Source: Octopus sinensis
Taxonomy: Eukaryota
NCBI RefSeq assembly: GCF_006345805.1
Contig: NC_042997.1
Span: 41,912,001 to 41,976,000, forward strand
DNA: 64,000 nt
Direction of reading: 5' to 3'
Shown here: one piece after another, positions 49,857 to 64,000 of the stretch
Layout: the number at the start of each line of letters is the position of its first letter
Numbering within the stretch: position 1 is the first letter of the stretch
Notes under the pieces: generated by a model
What the model saw: the letters and a program-made list of their open reading frames with translations, nothing else
The model's database searches: none
What the model was told of the DNA's origin: nothing
Made by a program: the position numbers and the translations under genes

Positions 49857-50402
49857 GAATTGTGCTTTTGGTCATTAGCTGTCTTTGAAAATATTATTTT
49901 TCTTCATCCATTCATAAGAAACTATATTAACTACAGAAGAGCAGTATGCAAGAGCTTTGTAATGTAACTGTAGGTATATAAGTCACAGGAGATTGGAACT
50001 GGTTTAGTTCTGAAAGCAATTAATTAGATTTTCTTCACGCTTTGTCTATACCCGCATAGATTCCAGTGGCTCCATATAATTGAATATGAAATATAAATTG
50101 TGACAAACAGATAAAGAAAGCCAGATAGACAGATAGGAAAGTAGCTAGAATGGAAAAGATGAAAAGAGGAAGAATTGGGATGAAAGTAAAGTCTTGTCTT
50201 AATCCGGTGTCTGAGCAGATGTAGAAAAGTGTGAGATAGCATTTCTTGATAGGAAGAAAAGTGTAGGGGTGTGTGTGTGTGTGTGTGAATAATCAGGATC
50301 TCAACAACCATCCTGGGTCAATCTGATAAGAAGAATTGATTAGCAGAAGATGTGACGAGGTTCAGTGATAAGTAATGTAAAACTGGATAAGAGGAGGTAA
50401 AT

Positions 50403-50440
<38 letters not shown>

Positions 50441-50586
50441 TATGATAAAAACACAGAAAGTTCTTTATATATATATATATATATACACACCCCCACATTT
50501 ATGTATATATATATAGAGAGAGATAGATAGATAGATAGATAGATGTGGGTGAGGGTGTGTGTATACATATATATATATAAATGTGG

Positions 50587-50617
<31 letters not shown>

Positions 50618-50619
<2 letters not shown>

Positions 50620-50980
50620 CTCTTTTACTCTCTTTTATTTGTTTCAGTCATTTGACTGCGGCCATGCTGGAGCACCGCCTTTGATCAAGCAACTCGACCC
50701 AGGCACTTATTCTTTGTAAGCCCAGCACTTATTCTATCGGTCTGTTTTGCTGAATCGCTAAGTGACGGGGACATAAACACACCAGCATCAGTTGTCAAGC
50801 AATGCTAGGGGGACAAACACAGACACACAAACACACACACATACACACACACATATATATATATATATATACGACGGGCTATAGTAGAAGACACTTGCCC
50901 AAGGTGCCATGCAGTGGGACTGAACCCGGAACCATGTGGTTGGTAAACAAGCTACTTACCAAACAGCCACTCCTGCACCT
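50618..50980 (-). mobile_element. SINE family A with an internal deletion
   Basis: Lacks the tctttcagtttcc...ggcccga block; the junction falls on a GGCT microhomology. Confidence 0.88.
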
Positions 50981-51811
50981 ATATATATATATATATATAT
51001 ATATAGTCGATTAGTCAATCCAAACATGAACAAGCAAGAAAAAACAACAACAATGCGAGGACATGGAATAAGTACAGTGTTATTGGATGGAAAGGAAAGA
51101 AAAGAAAGAGGATTTCACGTTTTGAGTGGAGCTCTTCATCAGAAATATAGAAAAAGTTCAAAGAAGGGAAGACAGGGAAAGAAAATTGCCAACGATACAC
51201 ACGCGGTTACATATTGATATATATATATATATGTATATACTAGCAGTAATACCCGTTGTTGATTGGGTAATTACTTTACTCTTTCTCAGGAGCCACATTC
51301 AAAGTATTATTATATATAGAGAGAGATTTACTCCTCTTGTATGTGTGTATTTTATAAGAAAAAATCATGTAATAATTGAAGTAGAAAAAAGATCAATTTC
51401 ATACATGAACTTCTGTATGTTTATTATATGACAATAAGTGAGTAGTATGTGTTATTTTATATATCAATACAGTAATGGCAATTATATAATATTCAAGGCT
51501 TTGGTTGGCACAGAGCTGTAATGAAAGAGAATTGCCCAATGTGCCGCATAGTGGGACTGAATCCTCAGCGACATGGTTGGAAAGCAAGCTCCTCAACCAC
51601 ACAGCCACGCCTATAAAGGAGAGATACATTTTGGATAATATACTCCTTGATACAATATGCTTAGATGGGAGGTTTATGGTGAGAAAACCTTTGATTTTAA
51701 TATTTACTCCAAGCCATACAACAACTAACAATGCCACACCGTACAGGGTGTTCTAGAATTAACTTTTTGTTTCAATGAAATTGAGCAAATTTAAAAATAA
51801 ACAGACAGAAT

Positions 51812-51852
<41 letters not shown>

Positions 51853-53453
51853 TGTGTACAGTGCTCAGGTGCACTACAACTCATCTAAAGTGTATATATA
51901 ATCAGGTGTAGTTTCAGCGGATTTCGGAAAGCACGAGGGCCTTAAAGGATGCAGTGTCATGGCTTATGTTTATCTTGAGCTTCTACAGGTTGATACTGGT
52001 AGGGAAAACATGAACAGGTGGAAGGAGAGAATTATAGAAAGTTGCAGTTTTAATGATAAAGAATTGGATAAAATAATTATACACTTTGATAATTTGTTAA
52101 TTCAGAGGTAGTTGTTTACATTCTCTCTTCATACATTTATGGTAGACATCAGATGTTAAAGTTAAGAGAGGATGTCTTTTTAGCAAATGGGGCACACTGT
52201 CCTATATTTACATAGACTGAAAGAGAGATATCCTTAGAGGAAAATATTAAAAAGTTTAATAAGAATAGTCACCAACTAGAATTTGATGGGCAAAAGTCTT
52301 GTAGACTGTGCAAGGCATAAAGCTATTCTTTGCATGACTTTTAGAGTTGGGTGAATGCCTTCCTTTCAGTGACAGTTTCCTGCAGGTGTTGCAATTGGTG
52401 ATTTTTGCTTGTTCAACAATAGCAGCAGCAGCTGCAGACTGTTACAAGTTGACACTTGAGGGATTTGGGATTGTGGACTTCTATTGTGTAAAGAGTGTGG
52501 AGTGACATAATAAAGGAGTGTCATCTGAATCATTCATTTATCAGTCTGAAATCAGTCAGGAGTGTTACACATTTTCAGCTGAAGGAAATCAGCATAAATC
52601 AACCACGTTCTGAGGGTAGACAATAAATGATGTACATTGATACGGGCATGATGGTTGGATGAGGCAATGACTTGGTGATCCAATGAGAACAAACAATACA
52701 TTGGCAGATTAAAAGCTTACTCTTTTTTGATACATGAGAAAGCTATGAACCTTATATTTTATAATAAAAGATAATATATTTGACAATTATTTGTTTATGA
52801 AAGCTCTCAAAAGTATTCTGTGATTGAATAGCTTTGTTTCTTGGTTTCTCTCATGGTTTGGATATTCATGTAACTTACTATGGACTTTAATGAGATAAAT
52901 GTGTGTGGCAGTTGTTCTAAATCAGGAAAAATGTTGAAAACCTTTGATAATTTTCTTAATTCCTAACAAAGGAATTAATCAGTTGAAGACATGCAATTTT
53001 TGTGAGGTAGTAAGTCAGACGATTGTCAAATATTTCATTGCTTTGTCAAAAGAGGATGTTGCAGTGTCCCTTAAAGGTTTCAAATGCAGGAGAGTGAAAG
53101 AAATCTGACCCCAAATACTTAAAAACAGAGAGGTGTGTGATAAAGGTTCTCAATGACCAAGTGATAGAGTTGCACTGAGTGATGGATTAAGTTCAACACC
53201 CAAATACAGGAACAATCAAATTTCACTCACAGGGCTTTGGTAACCCTGAGGCTATAGAAAAAGACTTTTGCTTAAGATTCTGTGCAGCAGTATTGAACCT
53301 GAAGCAATGTAATCACAAAACAAACTTCTTAACCACATAGCTATGCCTGTTGTTCCATGGCTAACATTTCACTACAGCTGGAATGACATCTAGAAATTAT
53401 TATTGTTAAAGAATTAGTGGAACAAATGGTAAGACAAAACTATTAATAACAAA

Positions 53454-53673
53454 AGGCGGCGAGCTGGCAGACACATTAGCGTGCTGGGCGAAATGCTTAG
53501 TGATATTTCGTCTGTTGTTACATTCTGAGTTCAAATTCCGCCGAGGTCGACTTTGCCTTTCATCCTTTCGGGGTCGATAAATAAAGTACCAGATTTGCAC
53601 TGGGGTCGATGTAATCGATTTTGTCCTTGTTAGTCCCCTCTATGTTTAGCCCCTTGTGGGCAATAAAGAAATA
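53454..53673 (+). mobile_element. SINE family B, young, 13-bp TSD
   Basis: TSD tattaataacaaa at 53441-53453 and 53674-53686. Confidence 0.93.
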
Positions 53674-54470
53674 TATTAATAACAAATGAGGATTTTAGTA
53701 GATTAGCTGGTTAATCCGGAGTCACTGTTGATGTACAACTATAAGTATAGTTCCCAATGTACCACACATATTTAGACTGACTGAATTTTCTGAATTAATT
53801 TCATGTTGGAATGTTTCAAAAGATAAGAAAACTAAGCAGACAGACTGTCGATGGAGGAGGAGAAGACTTGAATGGCTTTGAACATTTAAAAGTCTCAAGT
53901 TCATTCATCTCATTCAATGATGAATGCCATCTCCTTAAAGCCATTTCATTCCACCTATACTGCTATTGCTGGTATCCTTGAGAGAAGCTTGAATTCACTA
54001 ATTCTTTTACAATTTCCTCAAAATATAGAGATCTTGTGGAGTGAAAAATCAAAAAAGCCATACAATTTAACAGTTAAAACAGTTGAAACCATTGAATTGA
54101 AAACAGTCAGTGAAGATAATGACTCACTGGTTAAGTACTGTTAGTTAAGATAAACAATCTTGATATTTTACCAAATCTTTAAATTTTACCAAAGTTAGTT
54201 TACTATTTCTATCTTGAAACTTTGATAAAATGTAAATTCTTCTTAACTTTCAAGAATTTAATTCAGCCTACTCATGGCTTAATGGTTAGAGTGTTGGACT
54301 CATGATCATAAGATTGTGGTTTCAATTCCTGGATTGAACAATGAATTTGTGTCCTTGAGCAAAAAACACTTCATTTCATGTTGCTCCAATCTGGTCAGCT
54401 GGTAAAAATTGAGTAATCCTGTCCAGGAAGGAATATATACATCAGAGAAGCTAGGAAACCAGTCCTATGC

Positions 54471-54693
54471 TCTTTACTCTCTTTTACTCTTTTACTTGTT
54501 TCAGTCATTTGACTGCGGCCATACTGGAGCACCGCCTTTTTTTAGTCGAGCAGATCGACCCTGGGACTTATTCTTTGTAAGCCCAGTACTTATTCTATCG
54601 GTCTCTTTTGCTGAACCGCTAAGTGACGGGGACATAAACACACCAGCATCGGTTGTCAAGCAATGCTAGGGGGACAAACACAGACACACAAAT

Positions 54694-54731
<38 letters not shown>

Positions 54732-54909
54732 ATATATACGACAGGCTTCTTTCAGTTTCCGTCTACCAAATCCACTCACAATGCCCCGGGCATTGGTCGG
54801 CCCGGGGCTATAGCAGAAGACACTTGCCCAAGATGCCACGCAGTGGGACTGAACCCGGAACCATGTGGTTGGTTAGCAAGCTACTTACCACACAACCACT
54901 CCTGTGCCT
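54471..54909 (-). mobile_element. SINE family A
   Basis: Collinear with other copies; small hairpin-forming insertion at ~54780. Confidence 0.9.
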
Positions 54910-55229
54910 ATGGAGTAATGTAGACAAACATATTCATCTAGATCTCTGCATTTCTTTAAATCATCTTTAAGTTGCCAAAGTCATGACAACTGTCTGTACT
55001 GAATCATTATAAATAATAATATTGGTTTCTAACATTTGCATAAATTTCTAAATATATAAGAGATTAGCATAGTTGATTAAATAAACTCTCAGTATATTAT
55101 AGGTACTTATCTTTACCCTGGTGGAATGGAAGACAAAGATAACTTTAGCAGGATTTGAACACAAAGCAGAAACGAGCAGAACTAAATATTATAGATATCT
55201 AATCTGACACCAAACTATTACTGTTAATC

Positions 55230-55249
55230 ACTATTATTATTATTATTAT

Positions 55250-55311
<62 letters not shown>

Positions 55312-55840
55312 TTAGATTGGTTTTGGCCATTATCAGCCCAACCATGACCAACTCAATAGCACTACCTGGAAAACTTTTTTAGTTATTTATTTCAGGACAC
55401 CATGGACCACTCAAGCAGAGAGTTGTTGTTGGTTGAGGTGTATCCGGGTGTAGGTGGTTTATCCGGTATTTCCTGGAGGAATTTGTCTGGGTACCATTTG
55501 AAAGTTGTGGGGTCTGCTCCTACTTTAATTTCTTTCAGGATAACATTGAAAAGAGCTGGACACCATTTGCAGTGAAGAAATTGTGTTGCAATGTTCTTAT
55601 GTGATGTGATCTCGACCTTTGTAGGAGATGCATTATACAGGGGCCTAATCTTGGGTGAATTGTAAACATGATGTTGATATAATTTGGATAATATTGAAGG
55701 AATATTTTCCACATGGTGCAAATAATGTATCGTTCATGGTGGCATTGCAGAGAATAGAGTTTCAGCTGTTTAAATCAAGTCCCTTCATGCTATTTATTTT
55801 TTTAGTGATTGATCTTTGTGGCACTTTAATCCTCGTTAGG
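55230..55840 (-). pseudogene. CR1-group (Crack/Daphne/L2-like) LINE ORF2 3' remnant with (TTA)n tail
   Basis: Broken translation VPQRSITKKINSMKGLD..KQLKLYSLQ..HERYIICTMWKI...HPRLGP...PALFNVI.KEIK...FK...DKFLQEIPDKPPTPGY...NNNSLLEW*. Confidence 0.75.
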
Positions 55841-56434
55841 TCTTCAAATTTTGGCACAAGGCCAGCAATTTTGGAGTGATGCTCCATTAAAATGAATTTT
55901 TTATTTTGGTACCAAGCCACCTTTCTCTCACAGCATTTGCTGTCTTTCCTTCTCTTACATCTTTCAAGAGACAACAGATATACAATTCCTGGGTATTTCT
56001 TTCTGTCTGTTATATGTACAACAGAAGTAATATAACATCATATAATAATTCAATAACATGATTAAATTTGTTGACTTAAGAAATATCTTTATCTTCTTCT
56101 TCAACTTCCAGCACAGTCTGCCAGCAACAACCACTCTTTCCTTTTATATCAACATCATTATACTTGTGAGAATGCAAAGATTTTTGCTAGAACAAGCAAT
56201 AGTTTTTAGAGTGGTACAAGTAACCCGCTGTAACTATTCAGACATAATGTAGAAACTAAGCTTGAGAAACAAGCAAACTGAGGCAAGTGATGAAAATTGT
56301 GTGTTCAGTGCCACAACAAACTAGTTGAATAAAAATTTGAACTTATGATCCTATATTGTGTGTCTGGCACCTCAACTTCATGGCCAACAGTATTCCATTA
56401 GAACTAAATACATTATTTATGACTTTTTTGTAGG

Positions 56435-56564
56435 TGCAGGTATGGTTGTGAGGTTAGAAGCTTGCTTCTCAATCATGTGGCCTTGGGTTCAGTGGCACTT
56501 TGGGTAAGTGTCTTTTACTATAACCCCAGGTCACCAAAGCCTTGTGAGTAGATTTGATAGATGG

Positions 56565-56617
<53 letters not shown>

Positions 56618-56810
56618 GTGTGTGTGTGTGTGTGTCTACATGTGTGTTTGTCCTCTACTATTTCCTGACAACTGGTGTCAGTTTGTTTACATCCCTGTAA
56701 CTTAGTGGTACAGCAAAAGAGACCAATTGAATAAATAGAAGGTTAAAAAATAAGTACTCTTCAAGGCAGTGCCTCAGCATGGCCAGAGTCCAAAGATTGA
56801 AACAAGTAAA
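56435..56810 (+). mobile_element. SINE family A, older copy
   Basis: ggtgcaggtatggttgtg head; ttgggtaagtgtcttttactataacc; tail ttgaaacaagtaaaa. Confidence 0.75.
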
Positions 56811-57350
56811 AAAAATACAAAAAATTATATAAAAAACTTGAAATTTACAGAAATGATGAAATATGAGGTACAGATGCTCATTGTTTTTCACTAAGATTTT
56901 AACAATGTAAAGTGAAAGTATATAATAACAGAGACATGAAATTCGCAGGCAGGGTTTTCTCTGAGTTTACCATTATTCTACAGCAGTTACTGTCTTCAGT
57001 ATATTGCTACAAAACTACCTTTAAGTTAGATTTTCTGGAACAGAGAACATCATCAGCCCACCCTGCACAGGATGATAAACACACAGCTACGTCACACTAT
57101 AAAAAACCCCAACATTTTGCCATCTGAAACATGTTTAAAAAAAAAATAAATAGGTGTTCTATGATTAGAAGTTATGCTTGGCCAACTATAACTATCTCTT
57201 TACTTCATTTCATGTGTGTGTGTGTGTGTATCATGTTATGTACACCCACCCACATATGAGAATACACCATAAATACATCATGTACATGCAGATTCATATG
57301 TTATACTCATTTGTGTTTGTGAGACGCATCTTAATACATGTATGCGTGAA

Positions 57351-57741
57351 TACTCTTTTACTCTTTTACTTGTTCAGTCATTTGACTGCGGCCATGCTGG
57401 AGCACCGCCTTTAGTCGAGCAAATCGACCCCAGGACTTATTCTTTGTAAGCCCAGTACTTATTCTATCGGTCTTTTTGCCGAACCACTAAGTGACGGGGA
57501 CGTAAACACACCAGCATCGGTTGTCAAGCAATGCTAGGGGACAAACACACACACACACATATATATATACATATATACGACAGGCTTCTTTCAGTTTCCG
57601 TCTACCAAATCCACTTACAAGGCATTGGTCGGCCCGGGGCTATAGCGGAAGACACTTGCCCAAGATGCCACGCAGTGGGACTGAACCCGGAACCATGTGG
57701 TTCGTTAGCAAGCTACTTACCACACAGCCACTCCTGCACCT
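57351..57741 (-). mobile_element. SINE family A, full-length
   Basis: Collinear with 7629-8020. Confidence 0.92.
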
Positions 57742-57959
57742 ATGTGTATGTATGCATATAAATATGCACACATGCACACACACACACTTATCTGTATTTG
57801 ACAAAATGAATAGAAATGGCTTTTCTGATCCTTTTTCCACTTTAATAATTAGATGTTTGTAAGTAATTAGGTGTTCTAATTATTAAAATGATCAGAAAAA
57901 CCATTTCTATTCATTTTTTTCAAATATATAATACTGTACTAAGGACTTTCTATTTCTTA

Positions 57960-58255
57960 TTCTGCCAGTGCTGGTGTCACATAAAAAGCATCCAGTCCAC
58001 ACTGTAAAGTGGTTGGCATTTGGAAGGGTATCCAGCTGTAAAAATCATGCCAAAACTAATCCCGCCTGTGCTAGTGCCATGTAAAAGGCACTGAGTCCAC
58101 TCTGCAGAGTGGTTGGTGTAAGGAAGGGCATCCACCCATAGAAACCCTGCCAAAAACAGACATAGTAGCCTAGGGTAGTTTTCTACCTGGCCAGCTCCTG
58201 TCAACCATCCTACCCATGCATGCACGGAAGACGGACGTTAAACGATGATGATGAT

Positions 58256-58258
<3 letters not shown>
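57960..58258 (+). mobile_element. RTE 3'-UTR fragment, diverged subfamily
   Basis: Twice-repeated gtggttggc..ggaaggg..tcca block; acggacgttaaacgatgatgat tail. Confidence 0.75.
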
Positions 58259-59928
<1,670 letters not shown>

Positions 59929-60434
59929 TTCCACACATACACACATGCAGATGCATAGGTATTGCTGTGTGGTTAATAAGTTAGAATTACATCCGGTTGG
60001 TTTCAGGCTCTGTTTCACAGTGTGACAGCTAGGGCAGATGCCTTCTTTTGTAGCCTCAGTCCAACCAACGAATTGTACATGGAATTGGTAGACAGAAACT
60101 GTATAGAAGCCCATTATGATAATATACAATCATCGTCATTTTAACATCTACTTTTCTATACTTGCATGTATCAGGTGAAACACTGTTGCAGAATTTTCTG
60201 TGGCCAGATGTCCTTCCTGATGCCAACCTTCACCTATTTCCAGACAGTAATTCCTCAAGTCCATTGAAAGTCAGGAAAGGCTCTTAAAGGAAATGGTCAA
60301 CCCACAGCTACTGTAGAGAACACCAGCCAACATCTGTGTGTGTGTGTGTGTGCATACATTGTATAAATGTTCACATTCAACAACTTCACTTGTTACCACC
60401 TGAGTGAAATAGTAATGCTATTTTAAAGATTCTT

Positions 60435-60669
60435 AAGGCAGCGAGCTGGCAGAAACGTTAGCACTCCGGGTGAAATGCTTAGTAGTATTTCATCTGCCGC
60501 TACGTTCTGAGTTCAAATTCCACTAAGGTCGACTTTGCCTTTCATCCTTTCGAGGTCGATTAAATAAGTACCAGTTATGCACTGGGGTTGATGTAATCGA
60601 CTTAATCCATTTGTCTGTCCTTGTTTGTCCCCTCTGTGTGTAGCCCCTTCTGGGCAATAAAGAAATAGT
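60435..60669 (+). mobile_element. SINE family B, long-tail subfamily, 16-bp TSD
   Basis: TSD tattttaaagattctt at 60419-60434 and 60670-60685. Confidence 0.93.
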
Positions 60670-61859
60670 TATTTTAAAGATTCTTGCTGACATTATGACC
60701 AGTCATTCTGCATTTGCAAAGACCTGTTGAATAAAAAATTCTTTGCTTCAAAAACAGGTCAGGATTGGTAACAGAAAGAGCAACTAGATGTAAAATACTC
60801 CCTTAAGTCCCTGTTTAACACTTGCTTGCATGGCAAAACATATGTTATTTGAACTGAAAGAAGGAGTATAACTGTTGTTTGTTAATGATCCACAAAGCAA
60901 GGACAAGTCTTTAGCCCTGCTGATAATCTGCAGTTTTGACCATGTCAGCTAAATGTAATTCAAAACCATGACAATTAACATTTTGAAACCATCAATAGAA
61001 AAGGCATTTGTACACTTGATTGACAGACATATGTTACCTCAGGTGGCTTTGGCTCAGGTAACCTGGAGTGGCTAACAAGCGTAGTCTTAGAAAGACAATC
61101 TCAATTACAAATTGAACACTTGAAATGATATTAATATCCATGAGATTTTCTTCCCTAGTGTCTCATTACAATTTTGTATTTAACAATTCTCTTCAAAATC
61201 TTTGGATACATTGAGCATATATTTCTATCCATGAGATTTTATCTGTTGTGTGAGACATTAAACTGCATGTGGTGGTGAGGATCCAGCCTGAGAGTTCACT
61301 AGCTTTGAGGAGTATGGAGTTACTCATTAATCACAACTCCCAGATCTGCCCTGACCTAAGGTGGTAGTACCCCTTAAGGGTCCCAGTTATGGGTTAAGTA
61401 GGAAAAGCTGATCCTGTAGCTACCTAGGAGCATGGGCTTCTAGGTAAGTGTCACACATTCCTGTTGGAGTGTGGACATGCCCTGATATTAGGCAAACCAG
61501 TCCTCTTACCTAAAGATTAAATAAGGCTCTGTTCTTTGAGTATAATCTTAGTAGAGTAGAAGACTAGTAAACTGAATAAACCAACAGAAGGCAACAAGAA
61601 ATTACAGCTAAATCTCTCCCCCCACCAAATCATGATTCTTCACATTTTGGTATAGTAGTCCATGATCACTGATGTCTATGGACATAGAATATGAAGATAG
61701 ATAGATAGGTAGGTAGATAGGTAGACAGATAGGTAGATAGATATCAATTGTATTTTTCCCTGTACTTCCTACTAACTCTTATTTTATTAAATTAGATTTT
61801 AAGTCTTTGTATTTTTAATTTTGGTTTGTGAAGTGTCTTTTACAAAATGAATGTAGTTT

Positions 61860-62435
61860 TCCACAGAGTTGAAGAGCAGATACTTTGGAATTCTCTCATC
61901 TACCATATGTACTATGTGGTTTGCTCACCTCAATCTACTACATTGCATGAGAGTTTCTACAGCTTCAACAGTCACTAACACCAAAATCTCAACATCATTT
62001 ACATAGTCTCTCCTTTGTTACATATTGTAGAAATATAGTAAACAAGAGGGGACTCCAAATCATGCCCTGATGGTGGCTAAATTTGTTACTAAACATGCTA
62101 CCAACTTTCACCTTGATGACAACATCTCTATGAATAGATTGCATGGCTCTCACAAGCCATTCATCTGTACCTGTTTTTCTTAACAGCCACCAGACTACTG
62201 AGTTGGAACTCTGTCAAAGGTCTTCTCCAGGTGGATGAATGCTAGACAGAGTGGTATACTTTTAGCTAAGTGGTTCTCCCAGAGTTGTACCAAGAAAAGA
62301 TTACTTGGCCTGGGACAATCCCAGACTGCAACTCAATTAAGCTAATTTTCTTTTGAACTAGTTGTCCTATAACTTTTTCAATGACTTTCATAACCTGGCC
62401 TTTCAAGTTGAGCTTCTTCAGAGCAATCTTTGAAG
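61860..62435 (-). pseudogene. RTE LINE reverse-transcriptase remnant, old and internally deleted
   Basis: Broken translation GQVMKVIEKVI...LQ.GIVPG...LAFIHLEKTFDRVP...G.DEWLVRAMQS...HQG..WSPLLF, then DERIPKYLL. Confidence 0.72.
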
Positions 62436-62734
62436 ACGTAGAAGTTGATGTTGACACTTGTATGGTAAGTATTGTTTTCTGACAACACCCTGTAATTAAT
62501 TAGTTATATGAGTAACTGATATTTTATCTACTTCACCATATATTTTCAGCCTTACATACGTGTGCATGTGTGTGCTTTTGTTAAGTAAAAAAAATTCTTC
62601 CTTATTCAAAAACACACACATACACACAATGTTGATGCTGTAATTGGTGCAGCAGTTGAATTGTTGTTGTTTTGGTTTGACTTTCAGTTCAGCCCTGACA
62701 GCACATACTCATGGTCAAACAAATTACAGCCTTA

Positions 62735-63545
62735 TCCACCAAATTTGGAGATGGTCTAACGAATGGACCTGTGTCTGAACGTGTCAAAGTACTGTCATCT
62801 GCCTGTTGGCTCTCCTCCTGCAACTCAACTTGATTTCGAGCCGAGTCGTCTGCTGCTGGAGAGGACCAATCAGGTAAAGGACCTGGGTATCTTGGTGGAT
62901 TCTTCCTTTTCGCCTTCGGCCCAGTGCGTCCATGCTGCCAAAAAAGCACGCGGAATTCTGTTCTTGATTCGACGGTCATTCGGAATGCTCACAGCAGCCA
63001 TATTCCTACCGCTCTATGTCACGCTGGTGAGACCCATATTGGAGTACGGGATTCAAGCCTCTTCTCCTTATCTCCTCAAAGACATACATAATCTCAAAGA
63101 GTCCAGAAGCTGGCTACCCGCATGGTTCATGGTCTCAAGAATTTGTCTTATGAAGAAAGGCTGAGGACGCTCGACCTTTATTCTCTAGAAAAACGCCGCC
63201 GCCGTAGTGATCTCATTCTCGCTCACAACATCATAAGCGGAAAGTGTAACCTCTCAAAAGAGCTGTTCTTCACTCCTGCTCCAGAGCGTCGGCTGTGGGG
63301 TCATTCCGAAAAGCTCTATCTGCGACGATTTCATCTCAATCGAAGGAGAGGGGCTTTCTCCGTCCAGGTTGCGGATCCGTGGAATAAGCTGCCAGACGAG
63401 ATAGTGAAGATGCCGACGACCGCCCGGTTCAAAGTCTCCCTTGACCTCAAGTGGCCTGAACTCTTCACATGAGCACCACCCTGTACATAACTCCATGTCC
63501 CCCTACATGCTTTTTGCTTTTTGAGCCCAAAAATTAACTAACTTA
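62735..63545 (+). pseudogene. 5'-truncated CR1 LINE: RT thumb/C-terminus and 3' UTR
   Basis: QIWRWSNEW/DLCLNVSK...KDLGILVDS...LYVTLVRPILEYG...SYEERLRTLDLYSLEKRRRRSDLI...WNKLP..FK; 1-nt frameshifts near 62766 and 63093; CpG-rich, so relatively young. Confidence 0.92.
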
Positions 63546-64000
63546 TCCGTTCATTTTATTTCCTTCAGAATATCTTGAAGTATAATCAAATCTTTACTTA
63601 CTTATTTTTAACAAGTAGTGAAGTGTTTTGAAGGTATTTGGTTGCCATTTCCAGCATTTTGAGTAATCACAAAGAGGCTCCCTGCTGCTGAGTTTGAAAG
63701 GATAAACTGCCAAATTAAACACCTGATTTTTCTTATGTACCCCACTTTTTTTGCTTGTTCAAATTGCATTGGGAGCTGTCTTGGCCAATTACCTCTTTCC
63801 AATGAAAAGAAAGTCTGTGTATTTCATTCAGTTGATGGTATCCCTTCCTCATAAATGACTGACATCAAAACACGAGAGGGAGACAGGCAGAGAGTTAATC
63901 AACAATGTCTCATTATAAAGTCTATTTTAATAGAGAAATTAACTTTAGTCTGAAAGCTTTACATCTGATAATTTGATCAACCTAGTTTAGAAGCCAGTTT

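Noticed and set aside
52300-52560. Ala-run-containing minus frame (QSAAAAAIVEQAK...)
   Set aside because: Interrupted by in-frame stops and not assignable to any family
53811-54144. Short ORFs in repeat-poor sequence
   Set aside because: No recognisable domain or convincing splice pair; cannot be supported without a homology search

Overview
AT-rich eukaryotic DNA made almost entirely of repeats. It most resembles an octopus (cephalopod) intron or intergenic region; this is inferred from the SINE repertoire and the very dense (TA)n/(CA)n/(TAA)n/(GAT)n microsatellites. No intact host gene or autonomous transposon is supported. Nearly every ORF in the track is an antisense or microsatellite artefact. 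Supported content: (i) three tRNA-derived SINE groups: a ~400-bp family with an internal (CA/TA) tract and AAGAGT tail, a Meta-domain-like ~230-bp family, and a tRNA-Arg-like-headed family with two alternative 3' halves; (ii) decayed LINE pieces: Tx1/L1-like, several RTE, CR1 and a Crack/L2-group element, with many RTE 3'-UTR fragments ending in (GAT)n; (iii) DNA-transposon relics: a Tigger/pogo transposase, two TTAA/piggyBac-like MITE families, hAT MITEs, two non-autonomous Helitrons and a MITE with a 7-bp TSD; (iv) TA-flanked palindromes and a ~1-kb compound GATTTT(AT)n minisatellite. The most interesting signal is a set of type I hammerhead ribozyme motifs (CUGANGA...GAAAC-short palindromic loop-GUH) in several repeats with no obvious mutual similarity outside the core. 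They lie near 1.4, 4.6, 9.9 and 13.7/13.9 kb, with degenerate copies at 21.3 and 51.1 kb. Two sit in tandem or inverted architectures typical of Penelope-like pseudo-LTRs and retrozymes. All folds and alignments were done by eye, and coordinates without a TSD are approximate.
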